A DNA stretch of 31,656 nt from Candidatus Aphodoplasma excrementigallinarum (lineage in GTDB: Bacteria > Bacillota > Clostridia > UBA1381 > UMGS1253). Below the pieces are notes generated by a model. The model saw only the letters and a program-made list of their open reading frames with translations. It was not told the origin of the DNA and made no database searches. Below are positions 8,087 to 16,296 of the stretch, piece by piece. The DNA lies in assembly GCA_018713805.1 (NCBI GenBank), contig DVOF01000142.1, positions 1-31,656 on the forward strand. Reading direction: 5' to 3'. Each line of letters opens with the position of its first letter. Within the stretch, counting starts at the first letter, position 1. The translations under genes and the position numbers were made by a program.

Positions 8087-8117
8087 GCCCTGCATAGTAT
8101 GCAGGGCTTTTTCTTTT
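8087..8117 (+). terminator. Riboswitch-controlled intrinsic terminator
   Basis: gccctgcat(8087-8095)-agt-atgcagggc(8099-8107) followed by tttttctttt. Confidence 0.85.
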
Positions 8118-8180
8118 GCGGCGGCGCGCCCGCTTTTCCGGAGACGTTTGTTGCATTTTCTTATAAAGGAGACGGGAAAC

Positions 8181-8738
8181 ATGAAACAAACACAGACAAA
8201 AAAACGGGTCAACGTACGGGCGATCACATGGGTCGCCATGCTGTCGGCAATTGCGTTTGCGCTCCAGCTTGTAGCGGCGTTTTTGCCAAAGGTGGGGGGC
8301 TTTCTCGATCTGGAAATCTCCGACCTGCCCGCCATTGTCGGCACGATGGCGCTGGGGCCGGTTGCGGGGCTGATTATTGAGCTGATCAAAAACCTGCTCC
8401 ACTGCACGGTGACGACGACCGGCTTTGTGGGGGAATTTGCAAATTTTGTCATGAATGGGACGTTTATGCTGGTTGCAGGGCTGATCTACAACCGGAACAA
8501 GACGAGGAAGGGCGCACTGTGGGCGCTTTTATGGGGCGTTGTGGCGCTGGCGGCCATGGGCGTGATTGCCAATATGGTGATTATGCTGCCGCTCTATATG
8601 CCGGCTGCGCCGTTCGAGGCAAAGCTTGCGATTGCGCTGTCGACGATTCTGCCGTTCAATCTTGTACGCGGCGCTGTTTTGTCGCTCATTACGCTTTTGA
8701 TTTACAAAAAATTGTCGCCCATAATCAAGGGGAAGTAG
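8181..8738 (+). CDS. ribU: ECF transporter S component, riboflavin (RibU)
   Basis: FLDLEISDLPA, GPVAGLIIELIKN, GFVGEFANF, LPFNLVRG; downstream of an FMN riboswitch; ATG 8181 with AAGGAG SD. Confidence 0.9.
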   Translation: MKQTQTKKRVNVRAITWVAMLSAIAFALQLVAAFLPKVGGFLDLEISDLPAIVGTMALGPVAGLIIELIKNLLHCTVTTTGFVGEFANFVMNGTFMLVAGLIYNRNKTRKGALWALLWGVVALAAMGVIANMVIMLPLYMPAAPFEAKLAIALSTILPFNLVRGAVLSLITLLIYKKLSPIIKGK

Positions 8739-8834
8739 AAAGCATTGGCACGGTGCACAGTTTCTCACACTAATATTTCCGCGCCGCCTGCAATATAATA
8801 AAAATAGATTAAATCTATTGCAGGTGGGTGCCGT

Positions 8835-9644
8835 ATGCGTTCGGTTATCATAAATTTTTTAAAAAGCATCGTAATTGGCGCGTCGGCGTTCATACCGGGA
8901 ATCAGCGGCGGCACGATGGCGATTGCGCTCGGCGTATACGACCGGCTGCTGCGCTGTGTATCGCATTTTAAGGATAATATGCGCCAAAATGCGGCGTATC
9001 TGACCGTATTTGCTGTCGGCGCGTCGGTGGGGCTGCTTACGCTGTCGGGGTGGGTGCTGTGGATGTTTAACACCTACCGGCTTCCGATGATTTATCTGTT
9101 TATCGGCTGCGTGTTCGGCAGTATCCCGATGCTGTTCCGCCGTGGCGGCGTGTCGCAGATCGGCATCAGCGATACGTTCTGGGTATTGGCGGGGTATCTG
9201 TGCATTACTTGGGTTGCGCAGATTCCAGCCGGGTCGTGCCTGGTCGGCGGCATTTACGTTTTAAATTTTCTGATGCTGATGGCAGCGGGCGTAATCGTGG
9301 CAATCGCGTTTATTTTGCCCGGAATCAGCACCTCCTATATCCTTTTGCTGCTGGGAATCTATGACATCAGCCAGCGGGCGGTGCAGAGCTGGAATTTCGC
9401 ATTTTTAGTGCCATTGATTTTGGGCGTGCTGGCTGGGACGCTCATTACGACGCGGATTTTGGAAGACGCGCTCGAGCGGCACAGGAAGCAGACCTATATG
9501 CTGATCGTGGGGTTTGTGCTCGGCTCTATTTTTGAGATCATACCCGGTTTTCCGATGGGGTATGAGATCATCGTGTGCGTGTTGACATTTGCCGCGGGCT
9601 TTTTGGCGGTGAAACTGATTTTGCGCTACAGCGAGGAGTTTTAG
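8835..9644 (+). CDS. DUF368 family membrane protein (undecaprenyl-phosphate translocase family)
   Basis: Two internal repeats IPGISGGTMA..LGVYD and LPGISTSYILLLLGIYD; multi-pass hydrophobic protein. Confidence 0.9.
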   Translation: MRSVIINFLKSIVIGASAFIPGISGGTMAIALGVYDRLLRCVSHFKDNMRQNAAYLTVFAVGASVGLLTLSGWVLWMFNTYRLPMIYLFIGCVFGSIPMLFRRGGVSQIGISDTFWVLAGYLCITWVAQIPAGSCLVGGIYVLNFLMLMAAGVIVAIAFILPGISTSYILLLLGIYDISQRAVQSWNFAFLVPLILGVLAGTLITTRILEDALERHRKQTYMLIVGFVLGSIFEIIPGFPMGYEIIVCVLTFAAGFLAVKLILRYSEEF

Positions 9645-9672
9645 CAAATTGGGAAAAAATTTTAAAAACCCC

Positions 9673-9700
9673 TTGTCAAAACCGAAAAATGTGGTATAAT
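9673..9700 (+). promoter_or_regulatory. sigma-A promoter of secG
   Basis: TTGTCA(9673-9678)-N16-TATAAT(9695-9700) with extended TG. Confidence 0.75.
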
Positions 9701-9744
9701 ATATAAGCATATATGGTTACGAATGAATTTAGGAGGGTTTTGGA

Positions 9745-10011
9745 ATGCAGATTGCAGAAACGATCGTGATGGTGCTACATATTATAGCATCGCTCGTTTT
9801 AATTGTGGTTGTACTGTTACAGTCGGGGAAAGCGGCCGGCCTTTCGGGGACGATTGCCGGCGGCGCGGAAACATTTTTTGGGAAAAACAAGGGCCGTACG
9901 ATCGATGCGATTCTGGAGAAGTGGACCGCATTCTTTGCGATCCTGTTCCTGATAACGTCGATTGCGCTTGCGCTTATCATTAAGTGGCTTGCGGCAACGC
10001 CGGTTGCGTAA
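9745..10011 (+). CDS. secG: Preprotein translocase subunit SecG
   Basis: Two TM helices with VVLLQSGKAAGLSGTIAGGAETFFGK linker; AGGAGG SD. Confidence 0.95.
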   Translation: MQIAETIVMVLHIIASLVLIVVVLLQSGKAAGLSGTIAGGAETFFGKNKGRTIDAILEKWTAFFAILFLITSIALALIIKWLAATPVA

Positions 10012-10029
10012 TTACTTATCAAAAGCAAG

Positions 10030-10056
10030 ACCCGCACGTGTTGTGCGGGTTTTTTT
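10030..10056 (+). terminator. Intrinsic terminator after secG
   Basis: acccgcac(10030-10037)-gtgtt-gtgcgggt(10043-10050) plus T run. Confidence 0.85.
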
Positions 10057-10126
10057 GTTTGGCGGCGGCAAAAAATTTTAAAATTTTTGAAGTGTTTTGC
10101 AAATCAGCAGTCGTTCTATCTCATGG

Positions 10127-10648
10127 ATGGGGGTGATAGTCATTTGCAGGACGGAGTTTTTAGAGTGCATCAAAGAATACGAAAAGCTTGTGTTCCATAT
10201 CTGCTTTTCCTTTACGAAAAATTACTTTGACGCCGAAGACCTCGCGCAGGAAACCTTCATTGCCGCGTACAATAAGCTGGACCTGTTCGACGGGAAAAAC
10301 TTGAAAGCGTGGCTCAGCGCGATTGCCGCAAACAAATGCAAAGACTATCTCAAGAGCGCCGCAAGGCGGAGCATCCCCACTGAGGAGAGCGACCTCGATT
10401 TGTATGCGTCCGAACATACCGGCCCGGAGGAGGCCGCGCTGCGCGCCGTCGGTGAAGAGGAGGTACGGGCGATTTGTGAACAGCTCGACGAGCCATACCG
10501 GACGGTGGCGGTGAAGTACTTCTGCGAGGACGTGACGCTCAGCGAGCTGTCCCGCAGCACGGGCCAGAAGCTGAAAACGCTGCAAACACGGCTCTACCGC
10601 GCTAAGAAAATGATGAAAGAATATGTAAGGAGGACGGCCGATGTGTGA
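10127..10648 (+). CDS. ECF RNA polymerase sigma factor
   Basis: Region 2 DAEDLAQETF...KAWLSAIAANKCKDYLK; region 4 SELSRSTGQKLKTLQTRLYRAKK. Start codon ambiguous (10097 TTG, 10127 ATG, 10133 GTG, 10142 ATT). Confidence 0.93.
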   Translation: MGVIVICRTEFLECIKEYEKLVFHICFSFTKNYFDAEDLAQETFIAAYNKLDLFDGKNLKAWLSAIAANKCKDYLKSAARRSIPTEESDLDLYASEHTGPEEAALRAVGEEEVRAICEQLDEPYRTVAVKYFCEDVTLSELSRSTGQKLKTLQTRLYRAKKMMKEYVRRTADV

Positions 10649-11069
10649 GAAAACAAAGACAGGACAGCATTTGACACAAAAAGACATTGCAAAATTCCAG
10701 GCGATGGAACTCAGCCCCGATGCGCTGATTGCGTTTGCCGAGCACATCGAGACGTGCCCGGCCTGCGCGGAGATGCTTGCGCAGGCGGAGGAACAGATGG
10801 ACATCCATGTCCCGAAGGGCTTTGCGCCCGAGGTGCGGCGGCGCGCTGCGGGAGAAGGCAAACGGGATTTTTACCGCTACAGTATACGTGTTGGCGCGGC
10901 GGTGTGCGCTTCGCTGGCGTTGCTGTTTGGGGGAAGCTTTTCGTTCGACACAGCGAAGGAGATTTCGGCGCCGAAGTTTGAGCTGTTAGACAAGATGACG
11001 CAGTCGATATCTGATTTTTCCAATTCTATAATAAAGTGGGAGGGCTTATTCGATGGTCAAAAGAAATAA
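10641..11069 (+). CDS. Zinc-binding anti-sigma factor (zf-HC2/ZAS) with a TM helix
   Basis: HIETCPAC = HxxxCxxC; one hydrophobic segment (VGAAVCASLALLFGG); overlaps the sigma stop by 8 nt. Confidence 0.85.
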   Translation: MCEKTKTGQHLTQKDIAKFQAMELSPDALIAFAEHIETCPACAEMLAQAEEQMDIHVPKGFAPEVRRRAAGEGKRDFYRYSIRVGAAVCASLALLFGGSFSFDTAKEISAPKFELLDKMTQSISDFSNSIIKWEGLFDGQKK

Positions 11070-11580
11070 GTTTTGGACAGTTGTATTCGCATTTTTGCCC
11101 GGGGCCGGGCACATGTTCATGGGCTTTATGAAGCAGGGGACGAGTATCATGGTCGCGTTTTGGGGATTGTTTCTGATTTCGTCCTGGCTTGGCATTGGCG
11201 AGCTTACGCTTCTGGCTCCCGTACTGTGGTTTTATGCGTTCTTTGACTGCATCAACAAGCGGTTCTCAACGGACGTGCAGTTTATGCAGTTCGAGGACAA
11301 ATTCCTCTTTGAGGATTGGCTGAAATCCAGGACAGGCGTAGGCTTTGGTAAGTACCAGACATTTATCAGCGTCCTGCTGATCATTGTCGGCGCATACATG
11401 ATTCTCGAAACTGTATGGGGCGTGGTGTCTTGGAACCTGTGGATGATCGTTCCGGAGATCGGAAATTATGTTGATTCTATTTTTGGCAATCTGCCGCGGG
11501 TTGTGGTCGGCGTATTAATTGTCGTATTTGGCGTAAAGCTGATCCGCGGGAAGAAAAAGGAGATGAAGGACGATGAATAA
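11053..11580 (+). CDS. Membrane protein of the ECF operon
   Basis: N-terminal KFWTVVFAFLPGAGHMFMG helix-turn and about four TM segments; overlaps both neighbours. Confidence 0.8.
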   Translation: MVKRNKFWTVVFAFLPGAGHMFMGFMKQGTSIMVAFWGLFLISSWLGIGELTLLAPVLWFYAFFDCINKRFSTDVQFMQFEDKFLFEDWLKSRTGVGFGKYQTFISVLLIIVGAYMILETVWGVVSWNLWMIVPEIGNYVDSIFGNLPRVVVGVLIVVFGVKLIRGKKKEMKDDE

Positions 11581-11896
11581 TCGGGTTCGCAGGGTCGGCA
11601 CCCTGTCCGCCGGGATCGTACTGGTCGGGTTTGGCATTGTGTTTCTGCTGCGGCTGGCGATACCATGGCTCAATTACGGCGTTATCCTGTCATTCTGGCC
11701 GGTCGTGCTGATTTTGCTTGGCGGAGAAATGCTGTATGCGTATACATTTGGAAAAAGCGACACCGTCAAATACGACGGCGGCGCGATAGCAGTTATCATT
11801 TTGCTGTGCATCTTCGCGATGTGCATGGCGGGCGGGGAGCTAATATTCAATACGCTTTCCGAGGCCGCCAGATATCACTATCACATAAATTGGTAA
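11573..11896 (+). CDS. Small membrane protein (LiaF/LiaI-TM-like, inferred)
   Basis: RRVGTLSAGIVLVGFGIVFLL...SFWPVVLILLGGEML; three hydrophobic segments; 8-nt overlap with the previous gene. Confidence 0.75.
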   Translation: MNNRVRRVGTLSAGIVLVGFGIVFLLRLAIPWLNYGVILSFWPVVLILLGGEMLYAYTFGKSDTVKYDGGAIAVIILLCIFAMCMAGGELIFNTLSEAARYHYHINW

Positions 11897-11973
11897 CACG
11901 CCTGCTCACCACGGGCTTGTTATATGGCGGGCCTGCCCGCCGATACTACCCCACCAAACATATCCCTAAAAGG

Positions 11974-12004
11974 AAAAGGCAGCCTTTTGGCTGTCTTTTT
12001 CTTT
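11974..12004. terminator. Bidirectional intrinsic terminator between the ECF operon and MATE gene
   Basis: aaaaggcagcc(11974-11984)-tttt-ggctgtctttt(11989-11999), A run before and T run after, between convergent genes. Confidence 0.8.
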
Positions 12005-12013
12005 GCGTATTTA

Positions 12014-13369
12014 TTATATCTCCTCTTTGATCCATTTAAAGCGGTTGACCTTAATGACGGCGACAAAGCACTTCAAAATCTGGTCGGACTTTAAGCAGAT
12101 AAAGGTGATGACCGGCGAAAGATTGAGCCAGTAAGCGCAGATTGCCGACGACGGGAGCACGATGCCCCACATGAAGATCAGGTCGTTGATCAGGACGAAT
12201 TTCGTGTCGCCGCCGCCGCGGACAATGCCCGTGAGCGCGGCCATCTGGTACGATGTGCCGACGACGGTGACAGAAAGGATCGTCAAAAAGGTCAGCGTCA
12301 GGCCGCGCGCCTCCGGCGTAACGTCGTAAAGCTGGATAATCAAATCCTTGCAGAAGAACAGAGCGGCCCCGGTCGCAACGCCAATCAGCAAAAACAGAAT
12401 CTGCATGGTGATTGCGTACTGCTTTACCTTGTGGCGGCTGCCCTCGCCGATTGTTTTCCCGGTCAGGACGCTGCTTGCGCTGCCCGCGCCGTAGGTCACG
12501 ACTGTGAGCACCTGGAACACTGTCGTCGCAATGCTGTTTGCGGCGATGACCTCGCGCCCCATATGGCCGAGGATGGCAGTTTGCACTGACATGGCCACCC
12601 CCCAGATTGCGTTGGAAAAAAAGATGGGTGAGCCGACCTTGACAAAGCTTTTCAGCAGCGCGCGGTCAAAGGTGAAAAAGTCGCGCAGCCGCAGCCGTAC
12701 CTTTTTGTCGGCAAACCTGACAAAGCAGACCATAATAACGGTCTCCACGATGCGGCTGATCAGCGTTGCGATCGCCGCGCCCTGTATCCCGAGCCGCGGC
12801 GCGCCGAGGTTGCCGTAGATCAGGATGGAGTTTAAGCATACATTGATACACAGCGTCGAGAGCGACACGAAAAACCCGATCCTGACCGTTTCCACGCTTC
12901 GCATGGTATAGATCAGGATGTTTGTCACCGCAAAGAAAAAGTAGGAAAAACAGATGATCTGCAAATACTTCGTGCCCTCCGCGATAACGCCCGCGTCGCT
13001 CGTAAACAGGGACAGGACCCACCCGGGCGCAAAAAAGGCCGTCGCCCACATGGCAAGCGCGATTACGAGCGCCGTCGCCATACTGATGCCCGCGAGCTTG
13101 CGGATAGGGTCGATCTCTTTTTTGCCCCAGCTGCGCGACGACAGGATCAGCGCGCCTTCGCCCACGCCGAAGATCAGCATTTGCAGCAGATACTGCACCT
13201 GATTGACGACGGCCGCGCCGGAGAGCGCGTCCTGCGAATAGGCGCCGAGCATGACGTTGTCGGCGAGGTTGACGCCGAACACGATCACGTTTTGCAGTGC
13301 GATGGTCAGCGTCAGCTTAAAAAACGTTTTATAAAAATAGTTATCCCGAACAAAAAGTTTCCCAAACAG
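12014..13369 (-). CDS. MATE family efflux transporter
   Basis: About 12 TM segments; NLADNVMLG, LNSILIYG..GAPRLGIQGAAIATLISR, GIVRGGGDT. Frame stays open 27 codons upstream of the track GTG (13288) to a CTG at 13369, then hits TGA. Confidence 0.92.
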   Translation of the reverse strand: MFGKLFVRDNYFYKTFFKLTLTIALQNVIVFGVNLADNVMLGAYSQDALSGAAVVNQVQYLLQMLIFGVGEGALILSSRSWGKKEIDPIRKLAGISMATALVIALAMWATAFFAPGWVLSLFTSDAGVIAEGTKYLQIICFSYFFFAVTNILIYTMRSVETVRIGFFVSLSTLCINVCLNSILIYGNLGAPRLGIQGAAIATLISRIVETVIMVCFVRFADKKVRLRLRDFFTFDRALLKSFVKVGSPIFFSNAIWGVAMSVQTAILGHMGREVIAANSIATTVFQVLTVVTYGAGSASSVLTGKTIGEGSRHKVKQYAITMQILFLLIGVATGAALFFCKDLIIQLYDVTPEARGLTLTFLTILSVTVVGTSYQMAALTGIVRGGGDTKFVLINDLIFMWGIVLPSSAICAYWLNLSPVITFICLKSDQILKCFVAVIKVNRFKWIKEEI

Positions 13370-13546
13370 TTTGCCTCAGACTCCTTCCAGTAAAGATTCG
13401 ACTCAACTTCACCAATTATATAACAGATCGTGAAAAAAAGCTACAGGAAATTGAAACGGATGTAAAACTTTAGGGAGAAAGCACGGTTTTTTACCATTTT
13501 TGCGGAGGGTTTTCTATGAAGAATCCATGAATCTTTAAAAAAACTA

Positions 13547-13575
13547 TTGCAATATCATGCCAGGTACGGTATACT
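13547..13575 (+). promoter_or_regulatory. sigma-A promoter of the fapR/fab operon
   Basis: TTGCAA(13547-13552)-N17-TATACT(13570-13575). Confidence 0.7.
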
Positions 13576-13596
13576 ATGTAAAAATATCACTTAAAC

Positions 13597-13613
13597 ATAG
13601 TAGCAGGTCATAA
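13597..13613 (+). promoter_or_regulatory. Candidate FapR operator
   Basis: ATAGTAGCAGGTCATAA resembles the 17-bp TTAGTA-N5-TACTAA FapR box; lies between the -10 and the fapR SD. Confidence 0.55.
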
Positions 13614-13636
13614 TTTTTGTCCGGGGAGGTGGGCGC

Positions 13637-14203
13637 ATGGCAAAGAGGAGCATCAAAAAGCTTCGGCAGCAGCAGTTGATGGAAAAGCTGGAAGAGAACC
13701 CGTTTTTGACGGACGAGGAGCTTGCGGCGCTCTTTTCGGTCAGCGTCCCGACAATCCGGTTCGACCGGGCGGAGCTCGGCGTCAAGGAGTACCGGGAGCG
13801 GATCAAAAATGTGGCCCGCAGCGCCATCGCGCACAGCGCCGGGCGGGAGAGCGAGCCGGTCAACCATCCGATGGGCGAGCTGCTCGACTTAAACCTGTTT
13901 AAAGACGGGCTTTCCGTTTTTGTGCCGGACGAAACGATGACGTTTGACGACAGCGGCGTGGTGCGCGGGTGCTTCATCTATTCGTTTGCAGAAATGCTGG
14001 CGACGAAGGTGATCGACGCGAACGTCGCGCTCGTGGACGTGGCAAATATCAAGTACAAGCAGCCGGTCATGGCGGGCAGCAAGCTTGTTGCAAAGTCGGA
14101 GGTCGTGCGCCGGCGCAACAACGAATATATCGTATGGGTCAAAATCAAGGTCAATATGGCGGAGGTGTTCCGCAGCAAGTTTATTCTATCGGTAATTGAC
14201 TAA
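13637..14203 (+). CDS. fapR: Fatty acid biosynthesis transcriptional repressor FapR
   Basis: ENPFLTDEELAALFSVSVPTIRFDRAEL HTH plus hot-dog-fold C-terminal domain; directly upstream of plsX. Confidence 0.95.
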   Translation: MAKRSIKKLRQQQLMEKLEENPFLTDEELAALFSVSVPTIRFDRAELGVKEYRERIKNVARSAIAHSAGRESEPVNHPMGELLDLNLFKDGLSVFVPDETMTFDDSGVVRGCFIYSFAEMLATKVIDANVALVDVANIKYKQPVMAGSKLVAKSEVVRRRNNEYIVWVKIKVNMAEVFRSKFILSVID

Positions 14204-14293
14204 ACCGCGCATGTGCAACGCACATGCGCGGGGCGAATCCGCAATGTGAATTCGAAGTGGAAACCTTTTGGAGTTTGAAAGGTGGGGCATGGC

Positions 14294-15310
14294 ATGAGAA
14301 TTATTGTTGACGCAATGGGCGGCGACTACGCACCCGGGCCGCAGGTCGAAGGGAGCGTACGGGCCGTGCAGGAACTTGGCGTAGAGATTGTTTTAGTTGG
14401 GAAACAGGATATTTTGCAAAAAAAGCTGGACGAAACCGGCTATACAGGTAATCAAATCACGATCCGTGACGCGGCGGATATTATTACAAACGATGACGAG
14501 CCGGCAAAGGCGCTCCGCCGGAAAAAGGATGCTTCTATCGTTGTGGCGGCCAACATGCTCAAAAACGGCGAGGGCGACGGCCTCGTTTCGACGGGGGCGA
14601 CGGGCGGCGTTTTAGCCGCGGGGCTGCTGATTGTCGGGCGGATTGAGGGTGTGGCACGGCCTGCGCTTGCGCCGGTTCTCCCGACGGACAAAGGGCCTGC
14701 GCTGCTGGTTGACGGCGGCGCTAACGCAGATTGCAAGGCGCTTAATCTGCTGCAATTTGGAATTATGGGCAGCGCGTATGCAAACAATGTGCTCGGTATG
14801 AAAAATGCGCGGGTCGCACTCGTCAACATCGGTGCGGAGGAGCACAAGGGCAACGACGTGACGCGCGCGGCGTATGAAATGCTCAAAAAGGCGCCGGTCA
14901 ACTTTACCGGCAACATTGAAGGACGCGACATTATGGACGGCGCGGCGGACGTCATCGTCTGCGACGGGTTTGTCGGCAATGTGATTCTGAAGCTGACCGA
15001 GGGGCTTGCCGCGACGCTTCTGCGCAATATCAAGACTATGTTTATGAAAAATTTCGCCACAAAGCTGTGTGCGCTTGGGATGAAGGGGCCGTTTTCGGAG
15101 TTTAAGAAGAAAATGGACTATACCGAATACGGCGGCGCGCTTTTGCTCGGGCTTAAGCACCCGGTGATCAAGGGGCATGGCTCGTCCGACGCAAAAGCGG
15201 TTTTCTCCGCCATCCGGCAGGCGCAAAAATTCGTATCCGCAGGCGTTGTGGAAAAAATAAAAGAGGACTTGGAGAAAATGGAGGAAACGCAATATGGCAT
15301 TGAGAGCTAA
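14294..15310 (+). CDS. plsX: Phosphate acyltransferase PlsX
   Basis: MRIIVDAMGGD, GRIEGVARPAL, DGGANAD, GNIEGRD, CDGFVGN, YGGALLLG, KGHGSS. Confidence 0.97.
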   Translation: MRIIVDAMGGDYAPGPQVEGSVRAVQELGVEIVLVGKQDILQKKLDETGYTGNQITIRDAADIITNDDEPAKALRRKKDASIVVAANMLKNGEGDGLVSTGATGGVLAAGLLIVGRIEGVARPALAPVLPTDKGPALLVDGGANADCKALNLLQFGIMGSAYANNVLGMKNARVALVNIGAEEHKGNDVTRAAYEMLKKAPVNFTGNIEGRDIMDGAADVIVCDGFVGNVILKLTEGLAATLLRNIKTMFMKNFATKLCALGMKGPFSEFKKKMDYTEYGGALLLGLKHPVIKGHGSSDAKAVFSAIRQAQKFVSAGVVEKIKEDLEKMEETQYGIES

Positions 15311-16274
15311 ACTGTTAGGCGGCGGCTATTACGTGCCCGACCGCGTGCTGACAAACGCCGACCTGGAAAAGATGGTCGATACGTCCGACGAGTGGATTGT
15401 GCGGCGCACGGGCATCCGGGAGCGGCGGATTGCGGACGAGGATATGTATTCGTCCGACATGGCGGTGATTGCGGCGCGCCGCGCGCTGGAAAACACCGGC
15501 ACAAAGGCGGAGGAGATAGACCTGATTCTGGTGGCGACGTGTACGCCGGACATGTTCACGCCGAGCGTGGCGTGCATGGTACAGGCGCAGCTCGGCGCGC
15601 CGCAGGCCGCGGCGCTCGACGTAAATTCTGCCTGCGCGGGCTTCATTGCGGCGCTGACGGTGGCAAACCAGTTTATCGGCACAGGCTACTACAAGAAAAT
15701 ACTCGTGATCGGTGCGGAAAACCTGACGAAAATGACCGACTATAAGGACCGTAACACGTGTATCCTGTTCGGTGACGGCGCGGGCGCGTTCGTCGTAGAG
15801 GCGAGCGAGGAGGGCGGTATCCTTGCGACGGACATCGGTGCGGACGGCGCAGGCGGGAGGAACCTGACGAGCCTTGCGTTCCGCAACGACGAAGCGGAGA
15901 TTGCCAAGCGGGTGTCCGGCAACAAGCAGACGCTCTGGATGGACGGCAGCGAGGTACTCAAGTTTGCGGTGCGGATTATGGTGCAGTCGACGCGCACCGT
16001 GCTGGAGAAGGCGGGCCTCACGCTCGACGACATCAGCCTGATCGTCCCGCACCAGGCGAATATCCGCATTATCGACGGTGCGGTAAAACGTCTTGGAATC
16101 AGCCATGACAAGGCGTTTGTCAATATTGAAAAATATGGCAATATTTCTTCGGCATGCATCCCGATTGCGCTTTGCCAGGCCATTGAGGAAGGCAGGGCCA
16201 AAAAGGGAGATAAGATTGTTTTGGTTGGTTTTGGCGGCGGCCTGACCTGGGGTTCGGCTGTCATTGAGCTATAA
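15294..16274 (+). CDS. fabH: 3-oxoacyl-ACP synthase III
   Basis: SACAGF (Cys), PHQAN (His), YGNISSA (Asn), GFGGGLTWG. Confidence 0.97.
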   Translation: MALRAKLLGGGYYVPDRVLTNADLEKMVDTSDEWIVRRTGIRERRIADEDMYSSDMAVIAARRALENTGTKAEEIDLILVATCTPDMFTPSVACMVQAQLGAPQAAALDVNSACAGFIAALTVANQFIGTGYYKKILVIGAENLTKMTDYKDRNTCILFGDGAGAFVVEASEEGGILATDIGADGAGGRNLTSLAFRNDEAEIAKRVSGNKQTLWMDGSEVLKFAVRIMVQSTRTVLEKAGLTLDDISLIVPHQANIRIIDGAVKRLGISHDKAFVNIEKYGNISSACIPIALCQAIEEGRAKKGDKIVLVGFGGGLTWGSAVIEL

Positions 16275-16296
16275 ATCAGATGAGGAGGGCAAAACG

